A program made the position numbers and the translations under genes. From Torpedo marmorata (Eukaryota), in the NCBI GenBank assembly GCA_977017645.1, contig OZ360243.1, positions 35,216,001 to 35,280,000 of the forward strand: a stretch of DNA of 64,000 nt. The letters are read 5' to 3'. A model generated the notes under the pieces. The model saw nothing but the letters and a program-made list of their open reading frames with translations. It ran no database searches and had not been told where the DNA came from. Below are positions 48,911 to 60,280 of this stretch, piece by piece; position 1 is the stretch's first letter, and every line of letters starts with the position of its first letter.

Positions 48911-51900
48911 GCGTCAATTGATTTCACTTAATGTGCCAATTAAGTGTTGCTCCTCCAATTTACGGGTGGTATTGGTGGGACAGTACATGAGGCCATAGAC
49001 AGACATGTCAGCATTGTAGTGGGGCACAGAATTGAAGTGGTTGGCCACTGGGAGATCCCTGTCACTGAGGCGGACAGAGCGAAGGTGCTCAGCAAAGCGA
49101 TCTCCCAGTTGCGTCCAGTTTCTTTGATGTAGAGAAGGCCACAAAGGGAGCACAGGTAGCTCCCCCACCATTTGTTCGGGCGCCTGCCTACATCTTTTTA
49201 TACCTTGATGAAGGGCTCAAGCCCGAAACGTTGATTATGTATCTTTATCTTTGCTATATAAAGTACACTGTTTAACCTGCTGAGTTTCTCCAGCATTGTG
49301 TTTTTACTTCAATCACGGTGTCTGCAGACTTTCGTGTTTTACCATAAGGTTTGTGACCTGTTCATCATTTATCATCCAATGACAGAAGTCTGACCTCCTG
49401 CAACACCCCAATAAGAACTGGAGTCAGATAGCTTCTTGTTCAGAATAATGACTAATGGAAGAACTTTATCACTTCCTACCCAAGAGAAATAGATCAGCTC
49501 ACAGCTCGAACATCCCAAATGACTTAGCCCCTTACATTTCCATTTGTCTGTTCCTTCATGCATGCAAACTAGGCAGCTGCTTGAAGAAAGTAGGGTCCTT
49601 TCTGAAAGATCCACTGAATGCTTTGATGGCATCACTGGTGCCTGACTTACTCCAACATCAATCCCAGCAATTCAAAGGAAGCTTCTTGTGGGCTCCTTTC
49701 CAGGCAAGATCTATGCAACCAGCAGTGGTGCAAGTTAGTTTAAATTATGATAGTTATCCATTTGGGTAAAAATGAAAAAGTATTTTGACTTTCCTGTTTT
49801 TTACAACTCCTTCTGGAGGTCTCTTTAAGAATCATGGGTAAGACTACCATGCACAGTCCATTCTCCACCTGGTGCTTGCTGAATGCTGTGGTGGGGACCT
49901 GATTAAGTGCACTCAAGGGAAGCAAAGACTTCTTAAGGTCACCTGCGAGACTCAAAGTCACATGGTTCCAATTTTAAATCTACCTCGCTACTAGGAAAAT
50001 AAGGGGCATGCCAGAAATTAATTCCCTGATACCATCTAAAATTTGGATCTGTCAAAGTGTTCAATTACCCCTTATATGTGGGAAGCAGACTGCTCATATC
50101 AGAAATAAACAGTTGGTTAGAAGGGGTATCCTGCTCTAGATTAGCACAACGTCTCAAAGCTTTTATATTTTGCTGAGCAGAAGGTCCAAGATGCCATGCA
50201 CAGTGGAGAGTCTTGCATGTTTAGCCCTGTCCTCCAAGATCTCAGAGGAAGGGCAATGGGGGTGTATTAATGGAGAGTGTGGGAGGAGATGGGCAGATGT
50301 TTGTTGGGAAAGATCTGTGAAAAATATTTTTGAAGGAGGGAAGAGATCATTAGGGTGCACTGGGAATATATATGCAGACCCGGCCTGGGGATTTGGTTGG
50401 GGAGAGTTAGGAAAATCATCAGGAAAGGGCAGATGGGGAGAGGTTCAGAGGAAGTTGGGAAGGAATCTGAGGGGCCACGAGGTCAACAGTGAGGAAAGGA
50501 TGGCCAAGCATTTTCTCATTTTAAAAATTAGAAAGCCTTACGTCGGAAGTAGATGGATGTCTCGGGCTCAACAGGAAGTGCCCTTTAATTAACACCAAAG
50601 CAAGCCTCAACTCTCCTGTAATGTTTCCTTTAATGAGCCCAGGGGTTTAGAGGGATAGTAGTATTGCACATAATTAAATGTCCTTGTAGTTGCCACCTAC
50701 ACTCACTGTCTGATGGAGGTTCTGGATCACAAATCCAGAAGCATAATGAATGCACAGAATGTTCTTTCCCTCAGTATAAAAATCATATTGAAATAGGCAG
50801 GCCATGTTTTTATGCCACTATCTATTTAAACAAAAACAAAGTTTTTAATGTCATGAAAGAATTGAAGAAGTCATTTGAAACATTCATTGACAATTTTGAA
50901 AACTGTTTATAATATATAAGCTCAGTTGCTATTGATTTCTTTACATGCCACAATTAAAGCACCATCAGAGATGTATTAATTGAGTTTTAGGTATACAGTG
51001 GTTGACAAAATGGGTGTCTTTATCTGGCACAAAATGTATGCTAGGAAGCATCAGAGATGTGTATATCAGCATCACTTGATCAAAAGAATATAGTTGCATC
51101 CAACAGGATCTTGAATTCAGCAGAAATTTTAAGTGTTTAATTGACAGGAAACATTTGTTTGCTTGGAGGGTTTGTGCAATAGATATGCAGTTATAATGTT
51201 ATCAGCTAGAATGATACAAGAGGAAAAATGTTATCATTTAAATATGAGATCATTATTGTACTTCACCAGGGAATTGAGATGTTTGCTTGAGACTGACCTG
51301 TGAACAACCTTCACCAGGGAGAGAGTCATTCCCTCTGCAGACAAGGCCATCACAGGTCTGAACATAAGTCCATTCCAAACTGCACAGGGGCCCTCAGTGC
51401 ATCACTATCAATGGTGCATGGATGCATTGTGCAAGTTGCTTGTGTACTCAACTCACGCTTGCATGGCTGCCAGCAGAAGGAGGTTTCATTGCAGATGTCT
51501 CCGAGGTGTTGGTCACTGTTGATGGCAGCCAATGTGGTTATTTGATTCCTGCAAACTGCAGAGAGCAGTGACCCATATCACAGGATTATTCTGGTCAGTT
51601 CCATCTTCTCCAGCAGCACCAATAAAACATGTGAATTTTAAGTCTATACCCTCCTATAAAACCCTATTTGAAACCCCTTCCCTGTCACCTACTGGTCACT
51701 GAGATTCCATTAGGGCCAGGCAACCAAATGATACAGAATTACTTCACTTGGCTCTTTCAGCTGCCATTTTCTGATAAGTTTTGGCAGGCAATGTGAAGAT
51801 GAGATTTTGGAGTTAAAATAATCTGAGCCAGTGAATATCAAACTTGCCATTCCATGCCTGTCCCACACCATCACAAACACGCCCATGGTTAAAAATGAAC

Positions 51901-52068
51901 CAGAAATGGTAGGCTGAGAGCTTTAAAATATTGACAGCAAGAGACTTGAATGAAGAGCATGAATTCATTGCAGATCAGCGAATGGAAATTCCTACAGGTG
52001 GAATGTATTTTGAGTATTCACAAGCAGTTGAGGATCAGTTGCAAGTTGGACAGTTTATCCTATCTTTT

Positions 52069-52315
52069 AAGTAAAACACGAAAATCTGTAGACACCGTGG
52101 TTGAAGTAAAAAACACAAATGCTGGAGAAACTCAGCAGGTCAAACAGTGTCTTTTATGTAGCAAAGGTAGAAATACATAACCGACGTTTCGGGCTTGAGC
52201 CCTTCATGAAGGACTTTGATGAAGGACTCAAGCCCGAAACGTCGGTTATGTATTTCTACCTTTGCTGCATAAAAGACACTGTTTGACCTGCTGAGTTTCT
52301 CCAGCATTTGTGTTT
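52069..52315. mobile_element. Fold-back Penelope pLTR-only insertion
   Basis: ~100-bp inverted arms 52107-52207 / 52219-52319; 15-bp TSD TTTATCCTATCTTTT at 52054-52068 and 52316-52330. Confidence 0.93.
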
Positions 52316-52679
52316 TTTATCCTATCTTTTGTTCTTTGCTTCATTACCTTTAGTAATTTGGGAAGAACATCCTCAGAGTTACTGTTTGTCTCTTTATTGG
52401 AGGTGGTACAACTGGCAGAAAGGCAGGCCAGGATGGACTACACCATTTCTCAATTGAGTGGTCCACTTGGACCATTGTGTCTGTTACCGTCTTGCTTTGT
52501 CTGTTCCTATCTTGTGAAGAAACATTCAGAGGAGATAATTGTCTGGTTTGTCAAAGCTTTGGAACTAGAACAGAGGGGTCAACTCAGCGTGAACCTTCCA
52601 GGTCAGTTTTGTATGCTCTGCCATGTTCTATCGTAATGAAGATGCACGGAGAGCTTCCAACCTGTAGTTTGTTTACTTT

Positions 52680-55600
52680 AAAATATTTTTATTGATTTTC
52701 AGTAGTAATAAATTTGTACAGTACAATTATGGAATGTGCTACAGAAAAAAAAGAAGAAAAGCACTGGGAGAATAATCATACATATGAATTCCCAAAGCAC
52801 AGCCATAATAATAAAGAATGGACATAATAAATTAAATTTTACAAACCCCTAGCTCTAAACAAGGTTTAAAGTTATTAATTAATGAAACAAAGTAGCTCAC
52901 TCTGAAGTGGGACAACACAGTGCCAAAGTTCTGTATTAACACTGAACCTAGAGATTATGGTAATAGTCCATGAACAGGCCCCATAACATTTGGAATCTAA
53001 TATTTGAATCATTAATTGCGTATCTAATTTTTTCCAAATTTAAACAGGACATTACGTCCCTTAGCCATTGTGCATGAGTAGGTGGGATATTATCTTTCCA
53101 CTTAATCAAAATAGCACGTCTGGCCAGCAACGAAGTAAAAGATAAAATGCGACATTTAATCGAAGTTAGTAAAACATCGTCTTTTCCAAGAGTTCCAAAC
53201 AGAGCAACTAAGGGATTTGGTTCTAATTTTTAATTGAGAATTACCGATAATGATTGAAAAAATTCTCTGCAATATTTTTCCAAACTGGGGCACGTCCAGA
53301 ACATATGGATTAAAGAAGCATCACCTATTTTGCATTTATCACAACGAGGATATATATCTGAGTAAAAACGAGATAATTTGAGTTTAGACATGTGGGCCCA
53401 ATGTACCACTTTAAATTGTAGCGGACAGTGGTGAGCACACAGAGATGTAGTGTTAATCAGTCCCAAACCTCATTGGACAGCAAAAGGTTCAAATCCTGCT
53501 CCCAGGCATTCTTAATTTGGGCTAAAGGGGCGTGTCTTAAACCAGTCAACTTGACATAAATAACAGATATTAACCCTTTACCGGAAGGATGTAATCCAAA
53601 AAATGTGTCAAGAATATTCACCTCAGGAGCTCTAGGAAAATCGGGGATCTGAGAATAAAAAAAATGCCTGATTTGTAAATATATGAAAAAATGAGCATTT
53701 GATAAATTGAATTTTCCAGCCAATTGCTCAAACGATGCAAAACTGTTATCAATAAAAAGGTCTTTAAAACATTTAATACCCAATCTATACCAATCATTAA
53801 AAGCTGAATCCTGCAAAGAAGGCTGAAAAAGGTGATTAGACAAAATGGGGCTTGCAAGAGAAAAGCCCTGAAATCCAAAATGCCTTCTAAACTGCACCCA
53901 TATTCTCAAATTGTATTTAATAACCGGATTGTCAGTTAGTTTATATGAAACAAAAGAAAGAGAGGACCCAAGAAGTACCAAGATAGAAACATTATTGGTG
54001 GAATTTAATTCCATTTCTACCCAAGCAGGACGGTCAACTCGATTATGAAATTGTGAGCAAAACATAAGATTATGTATATTGACTGCCCAATAACCACCAT
54101 TCCTTTCAGACTTTTGAAAATGAGCTTTATTTAAACGGGGGCGCTTTCCTTGCCATATGTAAGATGATATAAGCGAATCGAGTGAGTCAAAAATGATTTA
54201 GGAAAAAAATTGGTATAGACTGAAAGAGATACAAAAGTTTAGGTAGAATGTTCATTTTAATAGAATTAATACGACCAATCAAAGAGATAGATAAAGGAGA
54301 CCATTTCATTAAAGACAGTTTCACATGCTTAAGTAAAGTAGAGAAATTTTCCTTAAAAAGATGCTTATGATTCTTCGTAATTGTAATGCCAAGATAAGTA
54401 AATTGATCTTTCACAATTCTTAAAAGGAAAATTAGAATACGTTAGTACAGGAGAATTTAATGGGAAAAGTTCACTCTTATGCAGATTTAACTTATACCCT
54501 GAAAACTGACTAAATTGAGAAAGTAAGGATATTATGGCAGGTAAAGAAGTATCAGGGTTTGATATGAAAAGTAAAAGATATTCTGCATAAAGGAAATCTT
54601 TATGTTTAGTTCCCTTCGTATTGATCCCTGAAATATCTCTGCACTCACGAATGCAATTGCTAGAGGTTCTAAGGCCAAATCAAAAAGTAATGGACTTAAA
54701 GGACATCCTTGACGGGTACCCCATTGGAGAATGAAAGGTTTTGATTGTTGTAAGTTAGTAAGAATTGAAGCAGTCGGACATGAATATAGTAATTTAATCC
54801 ATGTAATAAAACATGGTCCAAAATTAAAATTTTCCAAGATCGTAAATAGATATCCTCATTCCACCCGGTCAAACGCTTTTTCTGCATCTAACGAGAGAAC
54901 ACATTCCGGGGCTGCAGTGGGAGGTGAATACAAAATATCCAATAAATGACGTATATTAAAATAAGAATAATGACTTTTAATAAAACCAGTCTGATCTTCA
55001 TATCAACATTCAATAAAGAAATTGGCCTGTAGGAGGAACACTCAGCTGGATCTTTTCCCTTTTTCGCTATGAGGGATATATAAGCTTCATTAAAAGATAA
55101 TGGAAGATTGCCCTGTTTAAATGAATCAGTTAACACAGAACTTAATTGGGGTACGAGCAATTTAGAAAAGGATTTGAAAAACTCGACAGGATACCCATCC
55201 GGTCCTGGAGTTTTACCTGTAATGAAGAAATAGCAAAGACTATTTCATCTTGTGAAATAGGGTCTTCCAAACTCAAACGATTATTCAGAGAAAGCGTAGG
55301 AATATTTAAATGGTCCAAAAAAAATCATTAAATTGTTATCATTAATAGACTCAGAGGTATAAAGCCTAGAATTCCCTGAATGTATCATTTATTTTAGAAT
55401 GGTCTGTGGTAATATTACCGTTATCCATCCGGATCTTAGTAATTTGTCTCTTAGCAGCAATTCCCTTCAATTGATTGGCCAAGAGCTTGCCAGATTTTTC
55501 ACCATGGATATAGAACTGACTTTTGCTTTTCAAAAGTTGACGTTCAATGGGGTAGGTTGAAAGAAGATCAAATTTAGTTTTAAGTTCAACTCTCCTTTTA

Positions 55601-58600
55601 TATAATTCCAGATCTTTAACTTGTGCATATTGTTGATCTATTTGTTTAATCTGATTAATTAAATCTAATCTTTCTTTATTAGTCTTCTTCTTTATATTAG
55701 CAGTATAAGAAATAATTTGCCTTCTAAGATAAACTTTCAAAGTGTCCCAAACAATCAAACTAGAAATTGTTGAAGAGGAATTTGTGTTAAAGAAAAATTT
55801 ATCTGCTCCTCCATAAATTTCAAAAATTCATTATCCGGCAGTAGAGTTAAAACGCCAGTGCCTCTTTGTAGGAGGGAGATCTGGAAAATTAATAGACAAA
55901 ATAACAGGAGCATGGTCAGAAATCACTATACTCTGATATTCACATGAACGGGTCAATGAAATCAATTGATTATCTATTAAAAAATAATCAATCCGTGAGT
56001 AAGTATGATGAACAGGAGAAAAAAAGGAATACTCTCCTATTGGGGTAAAAAAAAACGGCATACATCTGAGTTACCAAAGTTTGATAAGAAAGAATGAATT
56101 ACAGAAGCAGATTTGCTCAAAGTGGCAAGTTTCGAGGATGAACGGTCCAAAGCAGGATCTAACCAACAATTAAAGTCTCCACCCAGCACCAGTTAGTAAA
56201 GACTCAAATCTGGTAGAACTGGGAAAAAACTTTCATAACATCCCGCATTATCAACATTTGGGGCATATACATTAGAGAAAACTACCATTTTATCATATAA
56301 TTTGCCTGTAACGATAATGTATCGACCATTTTTATCTGATATAACATTATGATGCACGAAAGGAATGTTTTGGTTAATTAAAATAGAGACCCACCTGGCT
56401 TTAGCATTGAAGGAAGAATGAAAGAGTTGCCCCCTCCATTTTGAAATGAGATGAGAATTATCACAGCTCCGAATATGGGTTTCTTGTAAAAAAAAATCTC
56501 AGATTTCAATTGTTTAACATGTGCAAAGACCTTACTATGCTTAATTGGATGGTTTAAACCTTTTATGTTCCAAGAAAAACTTTGATATGATTATTCATGG
56601 TTTTTGATTAATGTTGTGAAGTAAACCAGGCAAGAATTATCACCAAACTCCAGGTGGCCACCTTTAAACCGTGCAATAACACGGCTTGCACAGAACTTAA
56701 AGCCATAACAACCTTGTAAACCCGACGCCTTAAACCAAAATACCCACCCTCCCCTCCAAACAACCAACATCGGAAGGCTACTGTTCAAGACAGCAATGAG
56801 ACCAAAAAAATACATTTTAACCCCAAAATTCTTCTGCTGTAAAATCTAAGTACAGATCCTTTTTTTAAAAAGTTAATGGTAATGTTTCCAAACAATATAA
56901 ATTTGTATTTAAAGCTACAACCAAAGTGAAAGACAAAAAATTTACATTAAAGATTCACACTCAGATCCCTAATGCATGTACATGAATGTTGTATTCCGTC
57001 ACCCTTTACCACGGTCGGCTGTAAAATAAAAAGCACGCTTAACGCATTGATGTCTCAAGTGTTTCCAAGCAATAAGTATCCAAAATAACAAAAAAGTGTG
57101 CCATTAATACTAAAAGAACAATGAATGTGTAAATCTTCGCCTACTTCCCATTTAGATTTGCAGGTGCAGTAGAACAAATAGCTGGAACACATACATGGCA
57201 AACCTTAAAGTTTCCACACATAACTTGGACTATACGCGTATATATTATTATAACCGTTAGCCTTATTTCCCACGGTCAGCTAACAGCCTGAGCGCATAAG
57301 CGCGTACAACATTCCATGCGAAATTAATAAATGACTAACTAAGGTAGCGAATACAAATCATAATTAAAATAAAATTAATGTATTCAACTTAGTACTCTCA
57401 TCCAAGAAAAAGTAATTAAAATGTGGTAAGATTAATAGAAAGAAAAACAAATTTACATAACTATAAACCAAACGAGTACATTACCCCTTCCAATTAACAA
57501 AAGGGAGAGAGCAGCCAAACTTCACCCAATCAAAAAGAGAAAACAAAAAGCTTCAGACACCAAATAACAGTTCATGAAAGTCTTGTTGTTGAAAGCGAAT
57601 CTTCCAAGAATCTTCGTGCTTCTTCTACCGAATTCAAAAACTTCTTGTGACCATCGAAGGGTGTAATACAGAGACTTGCTGGGTATAAAAATGCAGGCCT
57701 GAAACCTTTCATACAGTTCAGCCATGACTTCTTTATATTCTGTATGCAGACTCATCACTTCAGGACAAAGATCGTCTACAAATCTAATCTGTTGTTGACG
57801 ATATTGAAGAGTTCTTTTCCGATGAGCTTCACGAATTACGAGAATTTTTATTTGGTAGCGATGAAACCTAAGAATAATCGAACGTGGGTGGCGTCCCGGA
57901 GCTGGCTTGGGAATCAAAGAGCGGTGTGCTCTGTCGAGCTCATGCTTAGAAGTAAAGAACTCCTTTCCAAAAACTTCCAAAAGCATCTCTGAAAAGAAGT
58001 TGGTCAGTTGGCCAGTTTCAGTTTTTTCAGCCAAGCCCACAATTCATATATTCTGTCTTCTGCTTCTGCTCTCCAAGTCAATAACTTTCGAAGTTAACTT
58101 AAAGTTGCAAGAAGACATTCCCGAGCAAAGTTCCTCTAATTTATCCACACGATCATTGACTGGTCGAGGGAGGCAGAAGAGCGTCTGCAGGACTGCTTTG
58201 AATCGGTGGACTGGAACATATTCAAAAACTCATCCATAGACCTGAATGAATATTCAACAGGTGTCACCAACTTCATCAAGACCTGCATGGATGAGTGTGT
58301 GGCCACGCGCAAATACCAGTTGTTCCCCAATCAAAAGCCCTGGATGAATCAGAGAATTTCCAACCTGCTGAGGGTGAGAACAAGGGTGTTTAAGGCCGAG
58401 GATCGGGATCTTTATAGGAAGTCCAGGCACGACCTGAGGAAGGCCATCTCTGATGCAAAGTGGCAATTCCGGAGGAAACTAGAGACAGGGACAGATACAC
58501 GCCAGCTATGGCAGGGAGCGCAGGCCATTACAGCCGACAAAGCGAGGGTGAACACTATAGACGGCTGTGATGCTTCACTACCCGATGAGCTGAACACCTT

Positions 58601-60280
58601 CTATGGCCGCTTTGAGAAGAAGAAAAAAACAGTGCCTACTAGAATCCCTGAAAAGGCTGAGGACCCTGTGATATCTGTCTCTGAGGGCAACGCCAGAACA
58701 TCATTCAAGAGGGTGAACCCTCGCAAGGCGTCAGGCCCTGATGGCGTACCTGGCAGGGTACTGAAAATCTGCGCCAACCAACTAGCTGGAGTGTTCACGG
58801 GCATTTTCAACCTCTCATTGCGGCAGTTAGAGGTTCCCACCTGCTTCAAAAAGGAACCAATCATCCCGGTACCCAAGAAGAGTAGTGTGAGTTGCCTCAA
58901 CGACTACCGCCCAGTTGCACTAACTTCTACCTAAGCAAAGATCTGGACCCACTACAATTCGCCTATCATCACAATCGCTCCACAGCAGATGTAATATCGC
59001 TGGCTCTCCACTCAGCTCTGGATCACCTCTAAAATAGCAATTCATACATACGGCTGCTCTTCATCGACTACAGCTCGGCCTTCAATACCATTATTCCCTC
59101 AGTGCTGGTCAAGAAGCTACAAACTCTAGCCCTCTGTACCCCCCCTCTTCAACTGGATCCTTGACTTTCTCATTGAAAGACCACAGTCAGTACGAATTGG
59201 AAACAACGTCTCCTCCTCACTGATTATCAACACAGGCGCACCCCAAGGATGCGTGCTTAGCCCACTGCTCTACTCGTTATACACCCATGACTGTGTGGCC
59301 AGGCACAATTTCAATGCCATCTACAGATTTGCCGATGACACCACAGTTGTTGGCAGAATCACAAACGGCAATGAGGAAGCGTACAGGAGGGAGATAGATC
59401 AGCTCGTTGAATGGTGTAACGACAACAACCTTACGCTCAATGTCAGCAAAACCAAGGAGATGATTGTGGACTTCAGGAGGAAGTCAGGGGAACACGACCC
59501 AGTCCTCATCGAGGGCTCAGTAGTGGACAGGGTCAAGAACTTCAATTTCCTGGGTGTCAACATCTCCGAGGATCTGTCCTGGAGCCTCTACGTTGAAGCA
59601 ATCACAAAGAAGGCTCGCCAGCGGCTATACTTTGTGAGGTACCTGAGGAGATTCGGTATGTCACAGAAGACTCTCGTAAACTTCTATAGGTGTACTGTGG
59701 AGAGCATTCTGGCTGGTTGCATCACTGCCTGGTATGGAGGTGCCAATTCTCAGGACAAGAATAAACTCCAGAGGGTTGTTAACTCGGCCTGTGACATCAC
59801 AAGCACCAGACTTCACACCATCGAGGACATCTACATGAGGCGGTGTCTTAAAAAAGCAGCCTCTATCCTCAAAAAGCCCCAACACCCAGGCCATGCCCTC
59901 TTCACTCTGCTACCATCAGAAAAAAAGGTACAGGAGCCTAAAGACGAGCACTCAACAGCACAAGGACAGCTTCTTCCCCGCTGCCATCAGATTCCTAAAT
60001 AATTAATGAACCAAAGACACTGCCTTACTTTTCGTGCCCAATTATTAATATATATATTTTTTATAGTAATGTCATAAGATGGTTATAATATGAATGTTTG
60101 CACTATGATGCTGCCGCAAAACACCGAATTTCATGACTTGTTCATGACAATAAATTCTGATTCTGATTCTGATTCTGTTTCCGTCTCGCTCCACAGATCC
60201 CAGACGTACCTCAATTTCTGATAACGACTCCAAAACTTTTTCAAGTGTACATTGGACTTCACGTTGACTTTCTTTTACAG
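52680..60280 (-). mobile_element. Near full-length decayed L1 (ORF1, long inter-ORF spacer, ORF2 EN-RT-Cys) interrupted by Rex1 and Gmr1
   Basis: EN start SWNIKGLNHPIK near 56575, YSRIDYFL/SDHAPV, GTRQGCPLSP, CDKC..HMFWTC; ORF1 DLESRSRRQN..IVGL and ELDRAHR at 57522-58160, coiled coil resuming at 60178-60280. Confidence 0.93.
58160..60177 (+). mobile_element. 5'-truncated Rex1/Babar-type LINE inserted in L1 ORF1
   Basis: ORFs 58206-58934 (FPNQKPWM, KASGPDG, LNDYRPVALTS) and 59253-60002 ([18 protein letters not shown]); (GATTCT)n tail; short internal deletion near 58931. Confidence 0.95.

Larger units (their letters stand above)
47429..49340. mobile_element. Penelope-like insertion with oppositely oriented pLTRs, hosting a Rex1 LINE
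   Basis: Minus pLTR/GIY-YIG at 47429-47817 and 48938-49155, plus pLTR at 49160-49340; 14-bp TSD ACCATAAGGTTTGT at 47415-47428 and 49341-49354. Confidence 0.9.

Noticed and set aside
50160-50500. 140-aa ORF in a purine-rich stretch
   Set aside because: Probably an old LINE remnant (L2-like); too degenerate to call and not gene-like
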